A stretch of DNA of 64,000 bases, taken from positions 4,992,001 through 5,056,000 of the forward strand of contig OY760937.1 of the NCBI GenBank assembly GCA_963664225.1. Direction: 5' to 3'. A program made the position numbers and the translations under genes. The stretch comes from Verrucomicrobiia bacterium (GTDB lineage Bacteria; Verrucomicrobiota; Verrucomicrobiia; Limisphaerales; UBA1319). How positions within the stretch are numbered: the first letter of the stretch is position 1; every line of letters starts with the position of its first letter. Positions 31,344-40,569 of the stretch are shown here, in pieces. Under the pieces are notes generated by a model. That model made no database searches. It had not been told where the DNA came from and saw nothing but the letters and a program-made list of their open reading frames with translations.

Positions 31344-32426
31344 GTGATTGGGACATTAACGCAGATCGTTTCATCCGGTCGGGAACTGAGCTTCGATCAA
31401 ATTAAGATGGCGGTCCATGATTTGATTCAGGAGGAATTGCCCGTTGAGCCCAAGGCGGATTTTTTGGCCGCATTGGCGGGCAAGGGTGAGACGATTGGGG
31501 AGATTGCCGGGTTCGCCAGGGCGATGCGAAGCATGTCCGTGGAGCCGCCGTTGGATGCGGTGACTCGCGAAGGAGACATCATGGACGTGTGCGGAACCGG
31601 CGGGGATCGGCTGAATACGTTCAATATTTCGACCATCGTGGCGTTTATTGTGGCGGCGACTGGGATTGCGGTGGCCAAGCATGGGAACCGGGCGGTGACG
31701 TCGCAATCCGGCAGCGCCGATGTGCTGGAAGCCCTGGGGATTCGGACGGAATTGAGTCCTGAGGAGGCGGCGCGCTGGATGCGCGAGCACCGGTTTGCGT
31801 TCTTTTTTGCGCCCCGGTTTCATCCCGCGTTCAAAGGTATTGCTCCGGCACGGAAACTTTGCGCCCAACGCGGTCAAAGGACGGTGTTCAACATTCTGGG
31901 GCCGCTTCTGAATCCCGCGCGACCGACATGCCAGATTGTGGGGGTTCCTTCGCCACAGTGGTGCGAGACACTGGCCCGAGTGCTGCAAGAGCTCGGATTG
32001 CGGAGGGCCATGGTGGTCAGCGGACAAGCGGGCGAAGGTTTCATGGATGAAATGTCGCCATTTGGGGAAAACACGATGGCGGAGTTTTATCAGGAACGGG
32101 GATTCAATGTGACAACCAACCGTTTTGACCATTTATGCAGCCAGCCCATCTCCATTAGCGATTTGGCGGGTGGCAATCGCGAGACGAATGCCGAAATTGT
32201 CCGGCGGGTGTTGGGGGGGCAGGATCGTGGGCCGAAACGCGAGGCCGTGCTGCTGAATGCCGGCGCCGCATTGTTTGTGGCGGGGAAAGCGCGTTCGATC
32301 TCGGAAGGTTGGACGCTTGCCGCAGAGTTGATCGATACCGGTCGGGCGGTGGCCAAATTGAACGAATTGATTGCGGCTTCAGCGGCTTTTGTTGCGGCCC
32401 AATCGACGACGGATTCGACGCGGTAA
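31344..32426 (+). CDS. trpD: Anthranilate phosphoribosyltransferase
   Basis: DVCGTGGD, TFNIST, KHGNRAVTSQSGSADVLEALG, RTVFNILGPLLNP. GTG start inferred. Confidence 0.96.
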   Translation: MIGTLTQIVSSGRELSFDQIKMAVHDLIQEELPVEPKADFLAALAGKGETIGEIAGFARAMRSMSVEPPLDAVTREGDIMDVCGTGGDRLNTFNISTIVAFIVAATGIAVAKHGNRAVTSQSGSADVLEALGIRTELSPEEAARWMREHRFAFFFAPRFHPAFKGIAPARKLCAQRGQRTVFNILGPLLNPARPTCQIVGVPSPQWCETLARVLQELGLRRAMVVSGQAGEGFMDEMSPFGENTMAEFYQERGFNVTTNRFDHLCSQPISISDLAGGNRETNAEIVRRVLGGQDRGPKREAVLLNAGAALFVAGKARSISEGWTLAAELIDTGRAVAKLNELIAASAAFVAAQSTTDSTR

Positions 32427-32440
32427 GGAGTGCAGGCCCG

Positions 32441-32980
32441 TTATTTGTCGATTGCCACGAATTCGCGTTCCTCATCGCGGACCACCAGGACTGGACATGA
32501 TGCATGGCGGACGACACGTTCGACCGTGCTGCCCAGAATGACATGCGCGAGGCTCGAGTGGCCATGAGTGGCGATGACGATGAGATCGGTTGCTTCTTCC
32601 TTTGCCGTTTCGATGATTTCAATACTGGGATGACCAGAGGCAATGATCATTTTGGTTTCCAAGCGCGAATCCACCAGTTTTTCTGAAAGCGACTCGAGTT
32701 GTTTGCGCCCGTTCTCCCGCATGTCGGATTCGATTTGAGAGAGTTCCACGGCGCCAAATTCTGAGCCGACAAACGAAAACTCGACAACGTGAACCAGAAT
32801 CAGCGTGGCTTGAAACTGAACGGCCAGGGCGGATGCATACTGTAATGCTTTAACGGATGATTTGGAGAAATCGATCGGCGAGAGGATCTTCTTCATGCAA
32901 ACCGTCTGGCGGCTTTCCGGTGGCCGCAGCCCGCCTGAGCTGTCCTGAGCCGGGTTAGGATTGTGAGAGTCCGGGTTCAT
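32441..32980 (-). CDS. Universal stress protein
   Basis: KKILSPIDFS, LVHV, DLIVIATHG, LGSTVERVVRHASCPVLVV. Start uncertain. Confidence 0.93.
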   Translation of the reverse strand: MNPDSHNPNPAQDSSGGLRPPESRQTVCMKKILSPIDFSKSSVKALQYASALAVQFQATLILVHVVEFSFVGSEFGAVELSQIESDMRENGRKQLESLSEKLVDSRLETKMIIASGHPSIEIIETAKEEATDLIVIATHGHSSLAHVILGSTVERVVRHASCPVLVVRDEEREFVAIDK

Positions 32981-33464
32981 AAGCGATTCCCTTCCGCAAA
33001 CCCACTGTGGGGTTTGCATTGATCTTAATTATATTTTAGACCGGATTTCCATGAATTCCAGTAAATGTTGCCCAATTTTGAGAATGCAAATAATGGTTGG
33101 CGGATGCCGAAGGGGAGTTTGACATTTGATAAAACTCACCGAGGGAAAGGGTGAATTCAAAACTTCGATGGACTTAAGACAAAATTCTTCGGCAGGAAAG
33201 CAAGGACTATAAAAGGATCCCCTAATACGGCTCCCCACACGTGCCAATTCACGTTTGGGGCGAGGAGGTGGAACGCGCGTTCGGACAATTCGGCTGAGTG
33301 TGGCCGTTCTCCGGACGCCGGGTGGGGGGGGCACCCGGCCTGCAAGGACAAAGCCCCGGACGCACTTCCATGTCGTTTTAAAGGCTTTTTCCATATCCTG
33401 AAGAATTTTGTCCTGCACCCAAGCACGCGGGGATCGCAATGGGGAAAAAAGTTCGAGATAATTT

Positions 33465-33513
33465 TTGACGCGGTCTGAAGATTGCGCTAGTGTATTAGTA
33501 CATTAGTTTAATA
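33465..33513 (+). promoter_or_regulatory. Promoter and palindromic operator of the GntR (YtrA-type) operon
   Basis: TTGACG-N17-TAGTGT. Imperfect palindrome CTAGTGTATTAGTACATTAG overlaps the -10. Confidence 0.7.
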
Positions 33514-33521
33514 GGTCAATC

Positions 33522-33935
33522 ATGACGATAACCGGCAACAGGTTGGAACAATGGCAGGTCGAGTATCACTCGGGCATCCCGGTTTACAGGCAGATCATCA
33601 ATCATGTCCGCGCGGCGGTGGCGGAGGGGTCGTTCAAGCCGGGAGATCAACTGCCCACCATCCGCGCGCTGAGCGAGCGCCTGAATGTGAATCCGAATAC
33701 GGTGGCGAAGGCTTACCGGGAGCTGGAATTGAAGGGGACGATCGTCAGCGAACGCGGCAGCGGGTCCTTCATCCAGGCCCAGCCGGCCGCGCCCGCGTCC
33801 GCGCCTGCCGCCAATGAAAAGAAGGCCAGGCTCAATAATCTTTACCACCGACTGCTGACAGAAGCGGCGGGCAGCGGTGTGACGGAAAGCGAACTCCTTA
33901 GTTTTATCAAAAAAAGAAATGTCTCAACCCTATGA
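33522..33935 (+). CDS. GntR family (YtrA subfamily) regulator
   Basis: PVYRQI, GDQLPTIRAL, VNPNTVAKAYRELE, RGSGSF and a short C-terminal domain. Confidence 0.95.
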   Translation: MTITGNRLEQWQVEYHSGIPVYRQIINHVRAAVAEGSFKPGDQLPTIRALSERLNVNPNTVAKAYRELELKGTIVSERGSGSFIQAQPAAPASAPAANEKKARLNNLYHRLLTEAAGSGVTESELLSFIKKRNVSTL

Positions 33936-34954
33936 CGACGAAATTCAAGCAGAGCTGGGAGCTGTTCAAGGCCTCCATTAACGTCACCCTTCGGTATCGC
34001 AAACTGCTTTGGTTTCCAGTCCTGACCACGTTTCTGACGGTGTGCATCGGGCTTTTCTTTTTGTCGGCGATGGCGCTCCCAGTGGTGTTGCATGACACCG
34101 GCTACCACCTCAGCCAAAAGCAGCATTGGGTGGCCCTGAAGGATTATTACCTCCCTGCGCCCGCCAATGCGCCCAAACCCCGCGACTCCGCCGTGGTTGC
34201 CTCTCAATCGCTGGGTGTTCTGCTCACCGGGCAACCCGCCGCGGTGGACAATTCTGGAAATCCCGGCGCCGCGCATGGCTTCCCCTGGGGGTCGGTTTGC
34301 ATGCTTGCGATTTATTTTGTGTCGATGTTTCTGGCCACGTTTTTCAATGTCGCTTTTTACAGCGAAATCATCGCAGCGCTCGATGGCCGGGGAGTTTCCT
34401 TCCGGCGCGGTCTCTCAGCGGCATGGAATCGATTGCCCTCCATTCTCACCTGGTCGCTTTTGGCGGGCGTTGTCGGTTGGATCATTCGTTCCATTGAGGA
34501 ACGGCTGCCGCTGGTTGGACGGGTTATAACCGGTTTCATTGGCATAGCCTGGAGCGTTGCAGCGGTGTTTGCGATTCCGGTGATCATCCAGGAGCAATCC
34601 ATGCGCAATCCGATAAAAGTGCTCCAGCAATCCGCAATGACGTTGAAGCGAACGTGGGGTGAGGGATTGATCGGCTACCTCGGATTTTCCGCGGGGAGCC
34701 TGGTGATCTTTGTGGGTTCATTGCTGCCGCTGCTGCTGGCGGGGGTGGCTGCCTACCTTTTAAAGAGTGGATGGCTGATCCTCATCGCCGGAGTGTTGTG
34801 GGTGCTGGGCCTGCTTTTGATGGCATATGTTTCCAGTGTTGCGGGGCACGTTTATCGTTGCGCGCTTTATAAGTATGCCACGGAAGGGGTGGTGCCTGAG
34901 CCCTATAACCGTGATTTGCTGGACATGGCCTGGAAGGTCAAAAAGAGTTCGTAA
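33932..34954 (+). CDS. DUF6159-like membrane protein
   Basis: SWELFKAS..VL...KLLWFP, FFNVA, KRTWGE, ALYKYA, multiple TM segments. Confidence 0.75.
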   Translation: MTTKFKQSWELFKASINVTLRYRKLLWFPVLTTFLTVCIGLFFLSAMALPVVLHDTGYHLSQKQHWVALKDYYLPAPANAPKPRDSAVVASQSLGVLLTGQPAAVDNSGNPGAAHGFPWGSVCMLAIYFVSMFLATFFNVAFYSEIIAALDGRGVSFRRGLSAAWNRLPSILTWSLLAGVVGWIIRSIEERLPLVGRVITGFIGIAWSVAAVFAIPVIIQEQSMRNPIKVLQQSAMTLKRTWGEGLIGYLGFSAGSLVIFVGSLLPLLLAGVAAYLLKSGWLILIAGVLWVLGLLLMAYVSSVAGHVYRCALYKYATEGVVPEPYNRDLLDMAWKVKKSS

Positions 34955-35123
34955 GCAAAGTAAAACCGTTGGAGGGACATGTGCATACACCGGGAGCAGG
35001 CAAAAATCTTCGGTCAAAAGCCAACGTCTCTTAATGGAACCCCTCGCTCTGCGCGCCTCAGCCTCAGGCGAGGTCGCTCCTTGCTTTCCAGCGGAGGGCA
35101 CTTATATTTGGGACGCCGATAGT

Positions 35124-35478
35124 GGGGGCGTACTGGTTTCGACCATGTGAATGCGCCAGAGGCGGCATGCCGAGGACGGTTCGTTGGCCTCGTTAAAAAT
35201 CGAACCAAAAAACAAATGCTAACGAAGAATTAGCTCTCGCGGCTTAAGTGCCGTGGCGTTCATCAGCGGACACCTGCTAAGGTGGTGAGCGAAAACAGCA
35301 GGCGTAGGCGACAAACGGAGTGGGCGCGAATGAAGCCGAAGATTATTACATGCCGACTAGGCGACTGGATTCGAGTCAGAACGTTATCCAGTAACCGAAA
35401 ACTCTCTTCTGACTAAGCATGTAGTCGCGGCTGGTAAATTGACCTGGCACGCGGGTTCAACTCCCGCCGCCTCCACCA
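35124..35478 (+). ncRNA. ssrA: tmRNA
   Basis: 5' GGGGGCGTACTGGTTTCGAC, 3' GCGGGTTCAACTCCCGCCGCCTCCACCA with acceptor stem and G-U pair. Tag ORF 35218-35247 encodes ANEELALAA*. Upstream TTGCTT-N16-TATATT. Confidence 0.97.
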
Positions 35479-35479
35479 C

Positions 35480-35555
35480 TTCAACCTATTTGTTTGCAAC
35501 CACTTACACGGTTGCAAACATTTTCAACCTGGGTTTTCAGACAATTTTCAGACAA
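35480..35555 (+). repeat. Hairpin and tandem 11-mers downstream of tmRNA
   Basis: TGTTTGCAACC-N8-GGTTGCAAACA, flanked by TTCAACCT on both sides, then TTTTCAGACAA twice. Confidence 0.8.
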
Positions 35556-35794
35556 ATCCGACGCAACAGGGCCAGAGAAGGCCGTCCGGAGTTTTAAAAA
35601 CAGGCTCTAAAGCAATTCCCGGCTCCAAAACAGACTCGCGATTCTGTGGATATTCAGATGCCTTCATTCTCGACAAGTCCGCCTAAACGTTTCAATGTCC
35701 AGCTATGAACACGAATCAATACAAGGGCAACCCCTCCGCGTAGGGCGGCGCGTGACCATCATCAACAAAATAACAAACCAATAAACACACAAAT

Positions 35795-37108
35795 ATGAAT
35801 AAGCAGGAACGGGTGTCTGGCGTGGGCAAAGGCGATAAAGCCAATGGCCTGAATCGGCGTCATTTCTTAAAAACCGCCATGCAGGCAAGCGCCCTTTTAA
35901 TGGCGCCTCAAATCGTGCGTGGCGCGGTGTTGGGCCGCGATGGCGGCGTGGCCCCCAGCGAACGGATCGTCCTGGGCGCCATTGGAATCGGCAACCGGGG
36001 CTCCTACGTGTTGGGCTGCTTTTTGCATGAACCAGATGTCCAATTCGTGGCCATTTGCGATGTCAAAGAGGCCCGTCGGCAGGCCGTGAAGAAAATGGCG
36101 GACAACAAATATGGCAATGAGAATTGCGCCATGTATCGCGACTTGCGCGAGGTGCTGGCCCGGCCGGACATTGACGCGTTCCTGATCGCCACCGGACCCA
36201 ATTGGCATGCCACCGCATCGATTCAGGCGGCCAAGGCGGGCAAGGATGTTTACTGCGAAAAACCGTCCACGAAGAACATCGTGCAAAGCCTGGAATTGGC
36301 CGAGGCTTTCCGGCGTTCCGGGGGCGTCTTTCAAGCCGGCACGCAACGGCGCAGCCTGCCCAATTTCATGTTCGCGGTGGATCTGGCCCGCACCGGACGT
36401 TTGGGCAAGCTCAAGACCGTGCATGCCCAAGCCGCCGGCCTGGCGACGCATACCAGCGGTTGGGAACCGGCCGAACCCGAGCCTGACAAAGAGCAGGTTG
36501 ACTGGGATTTGTATCTGGGGCCCGCTGCCTGGCGGCCCTTCAACAAGAAGTTGCTGGATGGGTTTAATTTCGAGAAAGGGGGCGGCATGGTGGGCGGCGG
36601 TTGCCTCGAGTGGGGGTCGCATTGTGTGGATCTCTGCCAATGGGCCGCGGATGCGGATAAAACCGCGCCGGTGGAGTATGAGCCGCGCGATGGGCGCATC
36701 TACGCCCGCTACGCCAGCGGCGTGGAGTTGGTGATTCGCGATGACGGCTGGCTCCCGCTGGGCTCCTGCCCGGTGCGGTTCGAAGGCGAAACGGGCTGGG
36801 TCGAGACGGGGGATAACGCCGAGATTGCCTCGAGTTCACCCGCCTTGTTAGTCGGCAAGGGCGCCAAGATTGGTGGTTATCCGGCGGACTTCCACGTCCG
36901 GGATTTCCTGGATTGCGTGAAGAGCCGGAATGAACCGCGCGCCAGCGCGGCGATCGCCTGCCAGGCCCACATCGCCTGTCATGCGGCGAACATCGCCTTG
37001 TTCCTAGGGCGAAAAGTTCAATACGATCCGGTCAAGAATGTGTTTATCAACGACGACCAGGCCAACCGCCTGCGTTCCGAGGCGCTGCGGGAACCGTGGC
37101 GGATGTAA
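35795..37108 (+). CDS. Tat-exported Gfo/Idh/MocA family oxidoreductase
   Basis: NRRHFLK, IGIGNRG, YCEKP, QAGTQRRS, WDLYLGP. Confidence 0.92.
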   Translation: MNKQERVSGVGKGDKANGLNRRHFLKTAMQASALLMAPQIVRGAVLGRDGGVAPSERIVLGAIGIGNRGSYVLGCFLHEPDVQFVAICDVKEARRQAVKKMADNKYGNENCAMYRDLREVLARPDIDAFLIATGPNWHATASIQAAKAGKDVYCEKPSTKNIVQSLELAEAFRRSGGVFQAGTQRRSLPNFMFAVDLARTGRLGKLKTVHAQAAGLATHTSGWEPAEPEPDKEQVDWDLYLGPAAWRPFNKKLLDGFNFEKGGGMVGGGCLEWGSHCVDLCQWAADADKTAPVEYEPRDGRIYARYASGVELVIRDDGWLPLGSCPVRFEGETGWVETGDNAEIASSSPALLVGKGAKIGGYPADFHVRDFLDCVKSRNEPRASAAIACQAHIACHAANIALFLGRKVQYDPVKNVFINDDQANRLRSEALREPWRM

Positions 37109-37154
37109 GCCAATGAACCATCCTGGAAAAACCATTGAACAATTATAAAGATTT

Positions 37155-39134
37155 ATGAAATTACAGTTTCGTTCTTTCACCCGCGCCGCCCTGCTGAGCG
37201 CGTTCATCACCGCTGGCGCCATCACCACAGCCATCGCCGCCTCCGACAGCCCCGAAGTGGTCGCCGAAAAGCAGCGCACGCTGCTGGCAGTGCTCAAGTC
37301 CGACGCTCCGCCCGCAGAGAAAGCCATCACCTGCAAACGTCTGGCAATTTATGGTTCCAAGGAAGCCGTGCCGGCTTTGGCGGCTTTACTGCCCGATAAA
37401 GACTTATCCTCATGGGCGCGCATTGCCCTCGAAGCCATTCCCGGACCGGAAGCCGAAGCCGCGTTGCGTGACGCCATGGAAAAGGTAACCGGACGTCAAT
37501 TGGTGGGTGTGATCAACTCCATTGGTTTCCGCCGCGATGCCCAAGCGGTTGGCGGCCTGGTTCAACGATTGGATGTGGCCGATCCCGATGTGGCCGCCGC
37601 CGCCGCCGCCGCCCTGGGGCGGATTGGAGGCGATGTGGCCTCCAAAGCCCTCGAAGTCCACCTGGCCACCGTGCCCGATGCCGTCCGCGTCGAAGTGGCT
37701 GAAGGATGCGTTCGTTGCGCCGAGAAATATCTGGCGGCGGACCAGCACGCCGAAGCGATCCGATTATACGATGCCGTGCGCCAGTCCAAGGCGCCCCTGG
37801 CGAAGCAGCTCGAAGGGGTGCGCGGGGCGATTCTGGCCCGGCAGACCGCGGGGATCAGCCTGTTGATGGAGCAACTGCAATCACCGGAAAAAGCCAGATT
37901 TGGCATCGGTTTGCGCGTGGCGCGGGAATTGCCCGGACAAGCCGTGACGGAGGCGTTGGCGGCGGGAATTGCGAGCGCCAGCCCGGAACGGCAACCCGCG
38001 ATCATTGCCACCCTGGCAGATCGTCAGGATTCAGCCGTGCTCCCGGCGTTGAGCAAGATCCTCAAGAACAACCCGAATTCGCGGGCGCGACTGGCCGCGA
38101 TTGCCGCGTTGGAACGTTTAAATGCCCCCGGCAGCCTGGCGGTGTTGGTGGAGGCAGCAACCTCTGACAGCCCCGAGCTGGTTCGGCCCGCAAAAGTGGC
38201 CCTCACCCGGTTATCCTACCATGGCGTGGACGCGGAAGTGGTGACCAGTCTGGGGAAAGCCCAGGGCAAAGCACTGGCGGTCCTGATTGAACTGGCGGGA
38301 CAACGGCGCATCGACGACGCCTTCCCGGTCATCGCGCGACTCATGGAGAGTCCGGACGCCGGGATTCGCAGCGCAGCTGTAGGCGCGATCGGCATCATGG
38401 GTAAGGCGAAGGAAGCCGGGGATTTGGTCGCATTACTGCAAAAGACCTCCAATCCGAAAGAACGCGAAGGCATCAAGAAAGCGCTCCTGGCGATCGCGGG
38501 CCGGGTGGATGCCTCCGCCGCCACGCCGGTGCTGCCCCTGATGCAAAGCTCAGATAGCGCGCTGCGCATCATCGGTGTTCATGTGCTGGCCGGCGCCGGC
38601 GGCGCCACGGCCCTGGCCGCGGTGACGCAGGCCACCGAAGACAAGGACGAAACCGTGCAGGACGAAGCCGTGCGCGCCCTGTCCAATTGGTCGAATAATT
38701 GGCCCGAGGATGAAGGCGTGGCCGCGCCGTTGCTGGCGCTGGCAAAATCCAACGGGAAGGAATCCCGCCAGGTGCTTGGATTGCGCGGTTATCTCCAATT
38801 CATTCAGGGCGACAAGAAGTTGAAGGCCGACGACAAAATAGCCAGACTCAAGGAAGTCCAGCCGTTGCTCAACCGGCCCGAGGAAAAACACCTGGCCATC
38901 TCCGTGCTCAGCGGGCTCAACACCGGGAGCGCCCTGGAAATGCTGCGCGCCTTTGCGGCCGATGCCGCCGTGGCGGAGGGAGCCTGCCTGTCGCTGGTTG
39001 ACCTGGCAGCGAAGACCGACTTGGAGGATGCCTCCAAAGAGCTGCGCCAGCAATCCCTGCAAACGGTCATCGACAAGTCGAAAGACGCCAAGACCCAGGA
39101 AAAAGCGCAAGCCGCATTGAAGAAGCTCCTGTAA
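37155..39134 (+). CDS. Secreted HEAT-repeat (PBS lyase-like) protein
   Basis: Signal peptide and repeated AVPALAALL/AAAALGRIG/AVRALSNW helical motifs. Confidence 0.85.
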   Translation: MKLQFRSFTRAALLSAFITAGAITTAIAASDSPEVVAEKQRTLLAVLKSDAPPAEKAITCKRLAIYGSKEAVPALAALLPDKDLSSWARIALEAIPGPEAEAALRDAMEKVTGRQLVGVINSIGFRRDAQAVGGLVQRLDVADPDVAAAAAAALGRIGGDVASKALEVHLATVPDAVRVEVAEGCVRCAEKYLAADQHAEAIRLYDAVRQSKAPLAKQLEGVRGAILARQTAGISLLMEQLQSPEKARFGIGLRVARELPGQAVTEALAAGIASASPERQPAIIATLADRQDSAVLPALSKILKNNPNSRARLAAIAALERLNAPGSLAVLVEAATSDSPELVRPAKVALTRLSYHGVDAEVVTSLGKAQGKALAVLIELAGQRRIDDAFPVIARLMESPDAGIRSAAVGAIGIMGKAKEAGDLVALLQKTSNPKEREGIKKALLAIAGRVDASAATPVLPLMQSSDSALRIIGVHVLAGAGGATALAAVTQATEDKDETVQDEAVRALSNWSNNWPEDEGVAAPLLALAKSNGKESRQVLGLRGYLQFIQGDKKLKADDKIARLKEVQPLLNRPEEKHLAISVLSGLNTGSALEMLRAFAADAAVAEGACLSLVDLAAKTDLEDASKELRQQSLQTVIDKSKDAKTQEKAQAALKKLL

Positions 39135-39160
39135 GCGCCGAGGTCGTCGGGTTCTTCGTG

Positions 39161-39241
39161 ATCGGATTGGGTGCCGGGGATTTCGCCCCGGCACCCTGCC
39201 ACACCACCGGATGTGCGGTTTTCTCGCATCCGGCGGTTGAA
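39161..39241 (-). mobile_element. Group II intron 3' remnant (domains V and VI)
   Basis: Minus strand AACCGCCGGATGCGAGAAAACCGCACATCCGGTGGTGTGGCAGGGTGCCGGGGCGAAATCCCCGGCACCCAATCCGAT. DV hairpin with CGC triad and 2-nt bulge, DVI hairpin, AT terminus. Confidence 0.88.
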
Positions 39242-39261
39242 ACATGCAGTTGTGCAGACGC

Positions 39262-39320
39262 AACCCGGGGTAGCTCGTTCTTCGCAACCCCGCTCTGAAT
39301 GATTTAATCCCTTCGGGATA
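39262..39320. repeat. REP-like palindromic element
   Basis: GGGGTAGC-tcgttcttc-GCAACCCC hairpin plus ATCCC-ttc-GGGAT hairpin. Resembles, from recollection, REP-type repeats in PVC genomes. Confidence 0.6.
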
Positions 39321-39513
39321 ATGAGGTGGAAATCCGGCGCCGCAGTGGTTGATTAGACATTAAGCCGCCACCACACCGACCAGACCGGAACAGGACGCGC
39401 CACGATTCGGGATGCGTATCATCCCGCTGGGGGCGGAGAGCAAACCTGAGGTCAGAGGTCAGCTTCGTCAAAAAAGCGAAGAGCCAAGGGCGGAGGGCAG
39501 AGAAGAAGAATCT

Positions 39514-39656
39514 ACATGGATAATCAAGATGGACAGGATTTTTGACCACGGATATGACGGATGGCACGGCGGGGGGAAAGGAAATGGATAATTGACATTG
39601 GACATTGGAACAGAAAAAACAGAATTTAACCGCATAGAACGGGTAGAGCACAGAGA
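39514..39656 (+). repeat. Patch of 9-nt and 7-nt period degenerate repeats
   Basis: ACATGGATA ATCAAGATG GACAGGAT; CCACGGATA TGACGGATG GCACGG; AATGGAT AATTGAC ATTGGAC ATTGGAA; CCGCATAGA ACGGGTAGA GCACAGAGA. Confidence 0.75.
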
Positions 39657-39955
39657 AGGAGGGGGCGAATAGATTTGGGCCGACTATGTTCAATCGTCCT
39701 AAATATTTCCATGTCGTTTTAAAGCCTTTTTCGCCAGGCTGAAGAATTTTGTCGCGCGCCCGTCGGCCTGCGGGACTGTCGCTTTCTGTTGACCCGGCAA
39801 GCTTTAACGCTTAATTTCGCATTCTGGCGCGGTGCCCGGAGAATGGCCTGCAAGGTTGTTTTTCCGGGTGTCGATGACGGTGGAATATGGAATCCGCGCG
39901 GTGGATTTTCATGAGTGGATTGAGAAAAACGTCTGCGTGCCGGTAGAGCAAAGAT

Positions 39956-40429
39956 ATGCGACATACAATCTCTGTATTGGTGGAAAATAAATTCGGCGTG
40001 CTGACGCGCGTGGCGGGTTTGTTCAGCGGGCGTGGTTACAATATTGACACCCTCAATGTGGCGCCCACGCAGGATCCGACTGTTTCGCGCATGACGATTG
40101 TCACGCGTGGCGACGACGCCACGCTGGAGCAGATCGTCAAGCAGCTCAATAAACTGGTGGATGTCATCAAGGTGCAGGATTTTGGCTCCGGCGAGTATGT
40201 GGACCGGGAACTGGTGCTGGTGAAGGTTTCGGTGGATTCGCGCACGCGGGCCGAAGTGATGCAGATCACGGACATTTTCCGCGGCAAGATTGTGGATGTG
40301 CAGCCGAAGCATTTGACGATGGAAATCACAGGCAACGAGAGCAAGGTCGAGAAGTTCATCGAGTTGATGAAGAACTTCGGGATACAGGATTTGACCCGGA
40401 CTGGCCAGGTGGCCATGCCCCGGAAGTGA
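39956..40429 (+). CDS. ilvN: Acetolactate synthase small regulatory subunit
   Basis: ISVLVENKFGVLTRVAGLFSGRGYNIDTLNV, EQIVKQLNKLVDV, RTG. Confidence 0.97.
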   Translation: MRHTISVLVENKFGVLTRVAGLFSGRGYNIDTLNVAPTQDPTVSRMTIVTRGDDATLEQIVKQLNKLVDVIKVQDFGSGEYVDRELVLVKVSVDSRTRAEVMQITDIFRGKIVDVQPKHLTMEITGNESKVEKFIELMKNFGIQDLTRTGQVAMPRK

Positions 40430-40569
40430 TGTCATTGGAACGGATTTGAATTTGACTGGATGCGATCTTTCATTAGAATGGCGGGTCTGGTTAAGAAGAA
40501 AAACAGAAACTAACAACCAACCGTTGCTCAGGGCGGGCTTAAGGTCGTCCGGCAACTTTACTAAGAAAT

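Noticed and set aside
33371..33383. TGTCGTTTTAAAG resembling a Tn402/Tn5053 end
   Set aside because: Similarity is limited to 9 nt, both long copies are in direct orientation, and no tni genes are present.
35440..35478. tRNA gene
   Set aside because: The T-arm and CCA belong to tmRNA. There is no anticodon arm and a tag ORF is present.
39843..39914. Possible ilv attenuator leader peptide MACKVVFPGV...
   Set aside because: Only modest Val/Ile content, and no terminator/antiterminator pair before ilvN.
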